This document shows positions 27,656-38,600 of a DNA stretch of 64,000 nucleotides, in pieces. This DNA comes from a virus. The translations under genes and the position numbers were made by a program. A model generated the notes under the pieces. It was given only the letters and a program-made list of their open reading frames with translations. It made no database searches and was not told the DNA's origin. Positions within the stretch are counted from its first letter, which is position 1; the number at the start of each line of letters is the position of its first letter. The stretch covers positions 25,058 through 89,057 of IMG/VR virus record IMGVR_UViG_3300027969_000074; one strand, 5' to 3'.

Positions 27656-30430
27656 CTATATTAGAATTGTCTTTAACTTTTCAATTACCTGATCAGCAGT
27701 GATTAATTTTGAACATTCAAATTGACGAGGTGTACCTTTTTGATCTGGGCACCAATTCCAATCACCAGCATTAAGCCTTAATCGGTTTGCGCAACCTGAA
27801 CAAGCTCCAGTAGGTGCAGCTAATTTAATAATACCGCCATCTGGTTCATTATAGGGTTCAGTAAAACCGGAAATTTGAATACTTGGAGTATTTGTTGCCC
27901 AAGCTAACCAAGTCAATCCACTGCTGATTCCAATAAAAGCAGCGCATTCAGTTAATTCAGTAATTACTCGGTCAATTGTACCTGCTTCAAATTTAGAGGC
28001 TCCAACCGGATTACGATTTCCCATATAACCATCTTCTTCTCTAGATAAAATTACAGGTTCATAACAATTTGCAATTAACCAATCTGTAACTTCTTGCCAG
28101 CCGGTTGGATTATTCCAGTATTTGGCTTGAGCAGTACTATGAATTCCGAGGCCTACTTTTTTCTTAACTACTGGACCAGTTGGGTGATTTATTAGAGGTT
28201 TAATCTCTTTATAGTCTAATCCTAAAATATCGGTTGCAGTTCTTTGCAATGGACCTAATTTAAAATCTCTAGGATTTTTTTCACGGTCAATATTATCTCC
28301 ATTATGGAACCAACCAAGTCGGTACATTGCATGTAAATTAGTTACCATTTGGCCAGGTTCAATGAATTCAATATTCGGATAAGTATCTTTAAATAGTTGA
28401 TTCCAAAAAGTTGAACAGATCATAATACAATCGTGCTTCTTTCTAAATTCTTCAACATATGGAAACCATGCTAAGGTATCACCTAGTGCTTTTGACTCTA
28501 ATGGAATATAGACACGTTTACCTTTTAGGTCAGTATTAAATATTATTACAGGATTTCCACTTTGGTCCTTAACTTTAATTTTCCAATCTTTAAAATATTT
28601 GATTGAGCTTTTTGCCCAAGTTCCGCCGCTTAATTTTGTTGAATAAACTAATTTGTCAGTTTCATTATCAATAAACTCTACCTGATATTTCATTGGGCTT
28701 GTAGTTTTCAATTCAACAAATGGACCGTCTACTAAATTATGATTTACCGTAGGCAGTGGCTGAACTCCATCAATTGTTACATGATTCATTTTTGCAAAAG
28801 TTTGGAAATCCTCGCTTAAGAATTGAGTGAACGCACATTTACCTAAATAATTAACAGTTACTGTATAGCCTTTACGATATTCGCCTAATTTAATAAGTAG
28901 AAAGTCTCCCTTTTTAAGAGTCGTAAATTGTACAGTTCCATTGTATTTAATTTCAAGTAGGTAATCTTTGGTTGCAGGTTCATCATGAAATCCTGAAACA
29001 AGTTGCACATATAAATTATTAAAATCGTCTGCTGCTGTATAAATTTGAAATTTAGCGTCATCTCTTAGGATACCGTCTCTATTCCAAACGGCTTGAGTAT
29101 TTAATTCATTTGAATTTGCAATATAATTAGTTAACCAAATGTCCTTTGCGTGTTTTTCTAAATAGTGCAGGAATACTCTTTCTAACTGCCAACCGTTTGG
29201 GCGACCCATGAAATATTCCTTTTTTGTCTTTACTTCATTTATAATATTTAGAGCAACCTCAGTTTTAATTGAGAAAATAAAGGTTGCCATAAATTTAGCT
29301 AGGTGAGTATCCTTTGCTGAACCTGAGTGGTATTCATAAATTACTGCATCATGCTGGTGAGCTCTTTCCAAAAAAGCTTGGCGATATTGAAAAGTATCAA
29401 GCAGATTATCGTATTCCATAAAGTGAATCATCTTCTTTCCTAGATACTTACAGAAATTAAATGCATGAGTCATTGATCTCCAAATTGCATAATCATGATG
29501 ATATTCCATTTGATTATCTACTCTAGTTTTTCCAAATGTGCACCATCTTCCGCTACCAACTGCATATTCTCCAAATTCAGAATTTAATAGCAATGGATTT
29601 TCTTTATCGTATATGTAATAGTCAACTAATTTCTGAATTTCAGGTTTGATTGCATAATGTGAAACTAATAAAATCGGAATTCCTGAAAATTCTCTAAGCT
29701 TTTTAATACATTCAATTAAGTCTGATTCTTTTTCTGGAGTATTTGGCCAAGTGTCAACAACAAAAATATCATCCGGATATTCATTCGGTCTGATTATTGA
29801 AGGTCTGTTATCCGCTGAATATTTTATATCATTTGCAATTCCACCTTTAACCCCAAAGAAGTAAATATCTGAATGTATATTTTGCATGTCTGGATTTTGC
29901 CATTCATGATTATAGCTACCATATGAACCGTATTCAAATATTCCATCTGGAAAAGCGGTTTCAAATCCATTAATTTTTAAAAAATCGTCAGCTTCAAGAT
30001 TTTTATAATAATCAGCCCATTCGCTTGATTGTTGGATTAATAGAGGAGCATCCATTTCTCCACGTCTTCTAGTTCCATGTTCAGGACGTTGACCTGATGC
30101 ACAAGTAAAAATAAACATTCCACCTGGCTTTAACATACGAATTATATTTTGAATAGTAGTTTCATAATATAGATCATGTTCAAATACTTCAGTTGAAATA
30201 ATTACATCAAAATAGTCAGATGGCGCATCATATAGATTGCCTGGGGCTATTACATCAACATTAGCACCATCGCCAACATCTAATCCAATATAGTTACAAT
30301 TATCAAATAGAAAACGGTTATTTCCATTAATGTCAAGCGATCCAATATCTAATACTTTTTTATTTTGGAAGTATTTTGGAAAATTTAATTTGATCTTTTT
30401 ACAAAAATCTTGCTGTTCTTTATGTGCCAT
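27656..30430 (-). CDS. Fusion: class I methyltransferase + central GT-A-like region + TibC/Aah-type protein O-heptosyltransferase
   Basis: N-terminal VLDIGSLDING...STEVFEHD. C-terminal ~365 aa: SSIKYFKDWKI, ALGDTLAWFPYVEEFRKKH, STAQAKYWNNPTGW, FIGISSGLTWLAWA, ISGFT, CSGC...WCP...FECSKLIT. Confidence 0.85.
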   Translation of the reverse strand: MAHKEQQDFCKKIKLNFPKYFQNKKVLDIGSLDINGNNRFLFDNCNYIGLDVGDGANVDVIAPGNLYDAPSDYFDVIISTEVFEHDLYYETTIQNIIRMLKPGGMFIFTCASGQRPEHGTRRRGEMDAPLLIQQSSEWADYYKNLEADDFLKINGFETAFPDGIFEYGSYGSYNHEWQNPDMQNIHSDIYFFGVKGGIANDIKYSADNRPSIIRPNEYPDDIFVVDTWPNTPEKESDLIECIKKLREFSGIPILLVSHYAIKPEIQKLVDYYIYDKENPLLLNSEFGEYAVGSGRWCTFGKTRVDNQMEYHHDYAIWRSMTHAFNFCKYLGKKMIHFMEYDNLLDTFQYRQAFLERAHQHDAVIYEYHSGSAKDTHLAKFMATFIFSIKTEVALNIINEVKTKKEYFMGRPNGWQLERVFLHYLEKHAKDIWLTNYIANSNELNTQAVWNRDGILRDDAKFQIYTAADDFNNLYVQLVSGFHDEPATKDYLLEIKYNGTVQFTTLKKGDFLLIKLGEYRKGYTVTVNYLGKCAFTQFLSEDFQTFAKMNHVTIDGVQPLPTVNHNLVDGPFVELKTTSPMKYQVEFIDNETDKLVYSTKLSGGTWAKSSIKYFKDWKIKVKDQSGNPVIIFNTDLKGKRVYIPLESKALGDTLAWFPYVEEFRKKHDCIMICSTFWNQLFKDTYPNIEFIEPGQMVTNLHAMYRLGWFHNGDNIDREKNPRDFKLGPLQRTATDILGLDYKEIKPLINHPTGPVVKKKVGLGIHSTAQAKYWNNPTGWQEVTDWLIANCYEPVILSREEDGYMGNRNPVGASKFEAGTIDRVITELTECAAFIGISSGLTWLAWATNTPSIQISGFTEPYNEPDGGIIKLAAPTGACSGCANRLRLNAGDWNWCPDQKGTPRQFECSKLITADQVIEKLKTILI

Positions 30431-30433
30431 TTA

Positions 30434-31066
30434 TTATAATTTATTTTTTAAAAACTCGTATACACTAATTAAGTTTAAGTAGAGGCCACGTTCATTGTTA
30501 AATTTATTGTACTCATAGTATGGATTGTCAAAATCGCAACATTCTTGAAAACCGTGTTTAATAATACCAACGCCCCAATCTGTATCAATTGTAAAAATTT
30601 CAAGATCTGGTCTGGTTGCTCGATACTTATATATTGCTTTCCAAACGGTTCCATTCCAATTACCTTCAGCTGGAGTAGAGTGATCGTAAAAATCTTCCCG
30701 AGCATGATGAATTGTTGGTGGATTACAGTCGTGTAAAACAATATAGCCATTTGGACTAAGATGAGCTAGCGAATTTTCAATATCTCGTTCAACTTGGTCA
30801 GATTCATGCAGGCCATCAATAAAAATAATATCCCATTTATAATTAGGGTCTAAATTTAATTCAGAATCTCTTAATGACCTAAAGAATTGGTCAGATGTCT
30901 GTTTATAGTCGATTTGAGCATCAACTTCAAAACATGGATCAACTGAATGTTTTGTATTAATATTAATTAAGTTAAAGCAGTCATTAGGTTCTCTAACTCC
31001 AATTTCTAAATATTTGGTAAACCCATTTTTTAGAATTAATTCATTTATTATATCGTATCTTTGCAT
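30434..31066 (-). CDS. Class I SAM methyltransferase (Methyltransf_24-like)
   Basis: YLEIGV, WDIIFIDGLH, GYIVLHDCNP, WNGTVWKA motifs; likely start MQRYD at 31066. Confidence 0.85.
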   Translation of the reverse strand: MQRYDIINELILKNGFTKYLEIGVREPNDCFNLININTKHSVDPCFEVDAQIDYKQTSDQFFRSLRDSELNLDPNYKWDIIFIDGLHESDQVERDIENSLAHLSPNGYIVLHDCNPPTIHHAREDFYDHSTPAEGNWNGTVWKAIYKYRATRPDLEIFTIDTDWGVGIIKHGFQECCDFDNPYYEYNKFNNERGLYLNLISVYEFLKNKL

Positions 31067-31073
31067 AGTTAAT

Positions 31074-31769
31074 TTATATTTTTCCAGTAACCGTATGAAA
31101 TATTTGTGGCTTTTTTCGTTTTTCAATTACTATCATACTATCGTAGTAATGAATCCCGTGGATATTATCTCCCGAATAGGTTTTAGGTATAGCTGATGAA
31201 TATGATGCATGTAAATAGTCTATGAAATTTTTAGAATATTCAATGAAGGTATTTCCTTTATAACTTCCACCATATTCTCCAGGCCAATATGAGGTATGCA
31301 CATCTTCGCATAAATAGACACCATTGTCATTTAAAAATGGAAACATTTCTTCGTAAGTAATTACTTGTTGATTCATAGTATGACCTCCATCATCTATTAT
31401 AATATCAAATTTTGGACAAGTATCCTTTATGGTTTTCCAAAAATTACGGTCTTCTTGAGATCCAATAATTATGTTAATTTGATCATCTTCATACTCTTTA
31501 CATTTTTCAAGAATATCAATTCCATAAATCTTGCAGTTTTTACCAAAATAGTCTTTCCACATTTGTAAAGAGCCGCCATTATCAATTCCAATCTCAAGGA
31601 TATTTACTGAAGTATCTCTAAATTTACTAAAGTGAGCCTCATAGATTTCTAAATAGTGAAACCATTTATGAATTTTTCGTTTTTCATTGTTTATAAAGTA
31701 ACTCTCTAAATAGTTTTTTGGACTAATTGAGTTAAGTATTTCAGGGTCTCGCTTAAAGTTCGTTATCAT
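31074..31769 (-). CDS. Class I SAM methyltransferase (sugar O-methyltransferase-like)
   Basis: KWFHYLEIY, ILEIGIDNGGSLQMW, FDIIIDDGGH, GVYLCEDVHTSY motifs. Confidence 0.85.
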   Translation of the reverse strand: MITNFKRDPEILNSISPKNYLESYFINNEKRKIHKWFHYLEIYEAHFSKFRDTSVNILEIGIDNGGSLQMWKDYFGKNCKIYGIDILEKCKEYEDDQINIIIGSQEDRNFWKTIKDTCPKFDIIIDDGGHTMNQQVITYEEMFPFLNDNGVYLCEDVHTSYWPGEYGGSYKGNTFIEYSKNFIDYLHASYSSAIPKTYSGDNIHGIHYYDSMIVIEKRKKPQIFHTVTGKI

Positions 31770-31778
31770 ACCGTTTAG

Positions 31779-34589
31779 TTATTTCCAAAAATAAATTAAT
31801 TGTAGTGCATTGTTTGGGCCGCAAAATAATAGGTAGGAATTAAAACCTAATCGGTTAAATCTGCCAATGAATTCATTGCGTAGCTCATCATTAAAATTAA
31901 GGTGCTCATGATGATATTCAACTGCAACATTTCGGATCTTAGATAAGTTAGCATCACTGATACCCTTTAGTGCAATAATTTCAGAACCTTCAATATCAAC
32001 CTTTAAGAAGTCAATTCGGTCAATTAGCCCGTTATCTAAAATGTAGTCTAATGTGTATAGATTAACATCGTATTGAGTAAGAGTTGGATCTTTTTGATGC
32101 CATAGGTTAGAGCCGCCTAAGTGAGAACTTTCAGTTAAGGTTAGGGTTCCTAATTGATCTCCAATTGCTGCATTAAATAGGACTGCATTTGCTGGAGCAT
32201 TTTGTTTTAGGATCTCAAAATATCTACGGTCAGGTTCAAAGGTTACAATTTTACTTGCTCCCATATGATATGCATAACGAGTAAAAATTCCAATATTTCC
32301 ACCAAGATCAACAACAACATCGCCAGGTTGAATTTTAACAACTGGATTTTCTGAGCGGTGTGGATGTTCGTAATCAGTTAGGTTATAAATTTCATGATAA
32401 ATTGCATAATCCCATCCGTATTTATAGGCAATATCCATTGTACCACCTTCTACTTTTTTGATTGAACCTAAATTTTTAATTTCGTCCTTAGCAACAAAGA
32501 AATATTCAGTATCATGGAAATTTTGGTCTCTTTGAGCTTTAATATGGTCAATCATAATTTGAGCAAAGCCTAGATTTTTATTGCCATGAAAGTACAGAAT
32601 TTGATCTTTATTCTTTGGGATAAACTGCCAACCGTATACTTTTCCAAAATTCTTAGGGCCTTGATCTCTCCAAAAAGAAATAAAGTGTTCCATTGCTTTG
32701 CCAGTTGTTCCAAGTAAATCACCGTCCCATTCAGAAACATCAAAATTTGAAATTGGTAAGAACTTATTATAGCTGTATTTGCACCTTAGATAATTATCAA
32801 TACCTTCATCATTCCATTGCAGTAAACTTGGATAGTCAGCAAGATCAGTTTCTTTATATACATTTAAGATTTCATTAAACCACCATTCGCAATTTCGATT
32901 GTATAAGTACATGCAAATATGGGCTTTAGTCGCAAGACGATTAACACCTTTGGCTTTGCATAAATTTTCATTAAATAGCTGCTGGCCTCTTGATCCGTCC
33001 GGTTTTGTATAATATCCAATAAAATCTTCTTGTACATGAATATCCGCTAATGGATAATTCTCAATATTTGCAAAATGATCTGCTAATTTATCAATTGTAT
33101 GGTTTGCAATAATATCACCGTCTAGCCAGACAAAATTTTCAAAACTTTCGTTAAATGCTGCAAGACACGCATATTGCTTCCAATACCATTTATCATAGTT
33201 TGAATAGTAAGGAATTGTTAATTTTCGGGCAATTACATTTGGCAAATAGTCAAATGGAACATCACAATCAATTCCATAAACAATAAGTTTACGATTTGAG
33301 AATTCCAATAGAGATTCAGCTAATTTCTGAATGATCGGCATATAGGCCAGGTTACCGCAGGTCACCCATGCAAAGTCAGTTGAGTATTCATTTATCTCAG
33401 GTTGAATGAGGTCCTGGATGTGATCTTGTGCGATTTTTGCTGCATTTTCCCAAGTGAATTGGGTTCTGATTTGTTTTGATTCCATTAGCGCGGATTTTTT
33501 ATAAATTTCATAATTATCATAAACTTCTCTAAGCCTAAGTTTAAGGTCTTCGAAGTTTGGCTCAACAAAATTACCTGGAGCATTTGGATTCCAGGATTCG
33601 TCATTTGCAACACCTGCTGGAACTTCTCCATGAGTTGCTACCGGTAAACCTTTACCTGCGGCAAATTCAAGTTGAGCTCCCCAATCAGAATAGATTGATG
33701 GGGTGCCGCATGCCATTGCCTCAATTAATGGAAGATTCCAACCTTCACTACGAGCACAAGAAACAAATACATCAGCAGTTTGTAATAGGTTGACGTATTC
33801 TGCTTTGCTTAAATGATTAAGTATCTTAATACCTTTATGTACTAAGCTAAATTTGACAAGACGCTCTTGAGTATTTAGACAGCCATCATTTGCAAATGGA
33901 TTTTCAACATTTAAGATAAGTTCAACATTTTCATCTTCGGAAAAGGTATCAATGAATGCTTTTATAATCTCTTTAGTAGATTTGCGGTATTCCCAACGCC
34001 CAACTACCACAAATTTGAATGGGCGACCTTCCGGAAATGAGGTCTCTTGCGAAATGGGTTTAAACATTTGGGTATCAACTCCCTCAGGCACAACCTTTAC
34101 TTTATCGGCTCTGATACCTTGAGCAACGGTGCACTCTTTTTGCCAGCTGCTTGGAACCCAAACCTGATCAAATGTTTTTAGTTTATTAAAAAAATCTTCC
34201 GGATATTTAGTAGTTTCCCAAACATTATAGGCAATTTTTGGGCCATCATACTTATCACCAAAATATTTATGATTAACATCGTTTAGGACGATATGGATAT
34301 CAGTTTCTCCAGGATTTTGATAATTTCGGTATAGCGGAAACTCCTGTGAACCGTTTGGGGTCTGTAGAGTTTGCTGAGTTAGGATTGTTTTTAATTCAGT
34401 ATCAATATAGTACTCATCATTATGAGGTTCATCATTATTATAACCTTGCCAGGTTGAACCTACTGTCCAATTTCTGGCATCAACTCTTAAGTCTTCTAGA
34501 GAATTTAGGGCTTTAAAGAAATTTCTAGAATGACAGTTGTATCCAGTTTCCCCAATAATTGAGGTGTGCGCTTTAATTTTAATCGACAT
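31779..34589 (-). CDS. Fusion: GT4 (GT-B) glycosyltransferase + GT-A (DxD) domain + FkbM methyltransferase
   Basis: SEGWNLPLIEAMACGTP; FVWLDGD...QWNDEG...YFHG; VVDLGGNIGIF...FLKVDIEGSE...VEYH. Confidence 0.88.
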   Translation of the reverse strand: MSIKIKAHTSIIGETGYNCHSRNFFKALNSLEDLRVDARNWTVGSTWQGYNNDEPHNDEYYIDTELKTILTQQTLQTPNGSQEFPLYRNYQNPGETDIHIVLNDVNHKYFGDKYDGPKIAYNVWETTKYPEDFFNKLKTFDQVWVPSSWQKECTVAQGIRADKVKVVPEGVDTQMFKPISQETSFPEGRPFKFVVVGRWEYRKSTKEIIKAFIDTFSEDENVELILNVENPFANDGCLNTQERLVKFSLVHKGIKILNHLSKAEYVNLLQTADVFVSCARSEGWNLPLIEAMACGTPSIYSDWGAQLEFAAGKGLPVATHGEVPAGVANDESWNPNAPGNFVEPNFEDLKLRLREVYDNYEIYKKSALMESKQIRTQFTWENAAKIAQDHIQDLIQPEINEYSTDFAWVTCGNLAYMPIIQKLAESLLEFSNRKLIVYGIDCDVPFDYLPNVIARKLTIPYYSNYDKWYWKQYACLAAFNESFENFVWLDGDIIANHTIDKLADHFANIENYPLADIHVQEDFIGYYTKPDGSRGQQLFNENLCKAKGVNRLATKAHICMYLYNRNCEWWFNEILNVYKETDLADYPSLLQWNDEGIDNYLRCKYSYNKFLPISNFDVSEWDGDLLGTTGKAMEHFISFWRDQGPKNFGKVYGWQFIPKNKDQILYFHGNKNLGFAQIMIDHIKAQRDQNFHDTEYFFVAKDEIKNLGSIKKVEGGTMDIAYKYGWDYAIYHEIYNLTDYEHPHRSENPVVKIQPGDVVVDLGGNIGIFTRYAYHMGASKIVTFEPDRRYFEILKQNAPANAVLFNAAIGDQLGTLTLTESSHLGGSNLWHQKDPTLTQYDVNLYTLDYILDNGLIDRIDFLKVDIEGSEIIALKGISDANLSKIRNVAVEYHHEHLNFNDELRNEFIGRFNRLGFNSYLLFCGPNNALQLIYFWK

Positions 34590-34654
34590 GCCGTTTGCTA
34601 AACTTTTTATTTTATACTAAAGTTTAGCAATAAGGTTATGTAATCTTAAAAAAA

Positions 34655-34894
34655 TTATGCAGCAGTTAAGCCAAGTGCAGTTAAGACTTTAGTCACAATG
34701 ACTGAGTCATTTGTACCCCAATCAGATATATCAGTTAATCTAACTGAGCCATTGCAAATGACGGCATTACCGCTATCCATTAATTGATAAATCACAGAAA
34801 CTGAGGTTGAACCCAATTCATAGGTTAAGGGTATAAATTTAATACTGGTTGCAGTTTTACCAAGTACTGAATAGTTTTGAATATTTGTAGTCAT
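34655..34894 (-). CDS. Small tail-fibre-associated hypothetical protein
   Basis: Likely start MTTNIQ at 34894; last gene of the fibre cluster. Confidence 0.55.
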   Translation of the reverse strand: MTTNIQNYSVLGKTATSIKFIPLTYELGSTSVSVIYQLMDSGNAVICNGSVRLTDISDWGTNDSVIVTKVLTALGLTAA

Positions 34895-34913
34895 GATTTT
34901 ATTTATTTTTGTT

Positions 34914-35600
34914 TTAAGCAATATCGAGTGTAATATAATATCTTTGAAAAAATGGCAATCCACACGTAAAATCAGTTGGTGTACCTGGCATTAGCATTAC
35001 TCCTCCTCCTAATGATGCAATCGTGTAACCAGTATCAAGGTCTGTTATATCTACCCGATTTGCAAAGACTGGACCAGGTCCAAGATTCATTAGTGTAATT
35101 GTATGTATGAAGTTTGCGTTTGGACTGGTATGCTGATAATTATACATAGCGACTCCGCCGGTTAGGGTTTGGCCAGGGCCATTACCGAATACAGTACTCT
35201 GATATAGCGACGGACCTTGGATTCCATCGTCTAAAAATAATGACACCGATAAGTTAAAAGGCGAATTAATTGTGACTTCTCCGTCATAATAGTGCTCATC
35301 AGTCCAGTGTGAATAATTATAAAATTGATTAAATCCAATTGGGCCTGTGTAATTTGCTTGAGTCCAATAACTTAAGCCTTGTGGATCATTTCGGTTGATG
35401 TAATAATATCCAGTATATGTACCGCCACTTATCCTCCAATTAAAATCAGGAAGAGCCACTTGATTTGGGTAAACCTCAATCCCAGAACTGGGATTAACTC
35501 CACTTACTTGAGTGAACATTGCCATAATTGATCTTAGGTCGGAGGCCGGATCACTGATACTTATTTGTCCACTCGATGCTCCTACTATTGTGCTTGGCAT
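34914..35600 (-). CDS. Putative fibre tip/adhesin-like protein
   Basis: N-terminal SSGQISISD resembles small proteins that follow S74-containing tail fibres; beta-rich. Confidence 0.45.
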   Translation of the reverse strand: MPSTIVGASSGQISISDPASDLRSIMAMFTQVSGVNPSSGIEVYPNQVALPDFNWRISGGTYTGYYYINRNDPQGLSYWTQANYTGPIGFNQFYNYSHWTDEHYYDGEVTINSPFNLSVSLFLDDGIQGPSLYQSTVFGNGPGQTLTGGVAMYNYQHTSPNANFIHTITLMNLGPGPVFANRVDITDLDTGYTIASLGGGVMLMPGTPTDFTCGLPFFQRYYITLDIA

Positions 35601-35603
35601 TGA

Positions 35604-38600
35604 TTATAATAATTTTTTAATTTGATCCTTTAAGTCATCGATTTGGCGTTGCTGTTGCTTGATTGCCTCAATTAAGACTGATACTAGTGCTGGATAGGCA
35701 ACTGCCTTGGTACCATTCGCATTTTCAAATACAACTTCTGGGAATACTGTTTCCATTTCCTGTGCAATAACACCCGCATGAACCCGTGTAGTATCTTCTT
35801 GATCATTTCTGGTGAATGTAACGCCTCTCATTGATGTTACCTTATCTAGAGCACCAGTGATGGTCTTCACATTATCTTTAACTGATCGATCTGAATATGC
35901 AATAATATTAGCAGTTGCATAAATATCACCGGCTACTTCAAATTTATAAGTCGGTGAGGCTCCATTACCAAGTGATAGTCTGCCGTTTGTGGCATCATAG
36001 TGCGTATTTGTTGCAGCTAAGGTAGTTGATCCAGAATAGTAAGCTAATCTTCCAGTAGTACCTGAGGTAATAGTTCCAGTAGTACCGCCTGATGTACCGG
36101 AAGAACCGTTAGCTCCGCTTGTTCCACTTGAACCAGTTGCACCGCTTGTTCCTGAGGTTCCACTTGATCCATTAGCTCCAGTTGCACCGCTTGTTCCTGA
36201 GGTTCCACTTGATCCATTAGCTCCAGTTGCACCGCTTGTTCCTGAGGTTCCACTTGTGCCAGATGTACCACTTGTTCCAGATGTACCGCTTGTGCCAGAT
36301 GCACCAGAAACTCCACTTGTACCTGAAGTTCCAGTTGAACCAGAGGTACCGCTAGTTCCAGAAGAACCGTTAGCTCCACTTGTTCCAGAAGTACCACTTG
36401 AACCATTTGCTCCAGAAGTTCCTGATGTACCTGAAGAACCGTTAGCTCCATTTGCTCCTGACGTACCGCTAGTACCACTTGAACCGTTTGCTCCGTTTGC
36501 TCCTGAGGTTCCTGATGTACCGTTTGTTCCAGCTAATGCGACTAGCGACCAATATGCAGCATTTGTAGGTATATCACCAGGAGCTGCATTTGCTATACAG
36601 ATATAGGAGCTTCCGAAATAATAAACAACGTCATTTACTGAATATGTAGTAGCTGTGTATAGTCCTTTCCACGTAAAGCTTGTACCGCTTGTACCTGATG
36701 TACCTCTTGTACCAGAAGTTCCTGATGAGCCGTTAGCTCCACTTGAACCTGAAGTTCCTGATGAACCGGTATTACCTGAGCTTCCAGAAGTTCCTGAGCT
36801 ACCGTTTGATCCACTAGAACCTGAAGTTCCAGAGGTTCCACTTGAACCATTAGAACCTGAGCTTCCAGATGTACCTGAAGTTCCTGAGCTACCGTTTGAT
36901 CCACTAGAACCTGAAGTTCCAGAGGTTCCACTTGAACCATTAGAACCTGAGCTTCCAGATGTACCTGAAGTTCCTGATGTACCTCTTGTACCCGAAGTCC
37001 CAGATGATCCTGCAACACCAGCTGTCGATATATCAACAATAATATCAGTACCAGATGATGGTGTCCAAGGTGTACCTGAAACATAAGTTACTGGAAATTC
37101 CCAATAGATTCCATTATCTACTCCTACCCCAGTTGTTCTATAATATACAATTTGACCACCAATTCCACCATTTGTTTTAATTAGCGTGCCAACTCCAATT
37201 GATGGATAAACTCCACTATAGTTTGTTGAAGTTAATGAAACTTCTGCTATGTTTAATATAGTGGTTGCCGCATCTAAATTACCGTTATTACTATAAATTT
37301 TAGTACTTGCTAATGGTGTACCCCAATCCCAACCGTCACTGATTGCTGCTCCACTTGCTCCAGTTGAACCAGAAGTTCCTGAGCTACCACTTGTACCAGA
37401 TGTACCACTTGTTCCAGAGGTACCTCGTGTTCCAGAGGTTCCACTAGAACCGTTTGATCCGGAAGTGCCGCTTGTTCCAGAAGAACCATTAGACCCTGAA
37501 GAACCTGAAGTGCCGCTTGTTCCAGAAGATCCGTTTGAACCACTTGATCCAGAAGTACCAGAAGACCCATTTGAACCGGAAGACCCACTAGTTCCGCTTG
37601 AACCGTTTGAACCTGATGTACCAGCCGTACCTGAGCTACCATTCGATCCACTAGAACCTGAGGTTCCGCTTGTGCCTGATGAGCCGTTAGAACCTGATGT
37701 TCCTGAGCTTCCGTTAGAACCGCTTGAGCCTGAAGTACCACTAGTTCCGCTTGAACCGTTTGAACCTGAAGAGCCTGAAGTTCCAGAAGAACCGGTTAAT
37801 CCGCTTGAACCGGAAGTTCCAGAAGAACCGTTTGAACCTGAAGTTCCGCTTGATCCATTAGCTCCTGAAGTTCCAGATGTTCCGCTTGAACCATTTGATC
37901 CACTTGAACCCGAAGTTCCAGAAGAACCAGTATTACCCGAGCTTCCAGAAGTTCCTGATGTTCCAGAGCTACCGTTTGAACCTGAAGAACCACTTGTACC
38001 AGATGAACCATTTGATCCACTAGAACCTGACGTTCCACTAGTTCCTGAGCTTCCATTTGATCCAGAAGTTCCGCTTGAACCATTTGATCCACTTGAACCT
38101 GATGTTCCTGAAGAACCATTAGATCCGCTTGAACCTGAAGTTCCAGAAGTACCTGAGCTACCATTAGAACCGGAAGAACCTGAAGTTCCGCTTGTTCCTG
38201 ATGAGCCGTTAGAACCGCTTGAACCTGATGTACCAGAAGTTCCACTTGAACCGTTTGAACCTGAAGTACCAGATGTTCCAGAAGAACCATTTGATCCAGA
38301 AGAGCCGGAGGTTCCAGAAGAACCGCTTGATCCATTTGAACCTGAAGTTCCGCTTGTTCCTGAGCTTCCATTAGAACCGCTTGAACCAGAAGTACCAGAA
38401 GTTCCTGAAGAACCAGTATTACCTGAACTTCCAGAAGTACCGGAAGTTCCACTAGAACCGTTAGAACCTGAACTACCTGAAGTTCCAGAAGAACCGTTTG
38501 ATCCACTAGAACCTGAAGTACCACTTGTTCCAGATGAGCCATTAGAACCAGAGCTTCCGTTTGAGCCTGAAGAACCTGAAGTTCCAGAACTACCATTCGA

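Noticed and set aside
2187-33793. Short opposite-strand or nested ORFs in the track (e.g. 2187-2543, 4686-5132, 8347-8652, 13037-13321)
   Set aside because: They lie inside well-supported genes and have no motifs.
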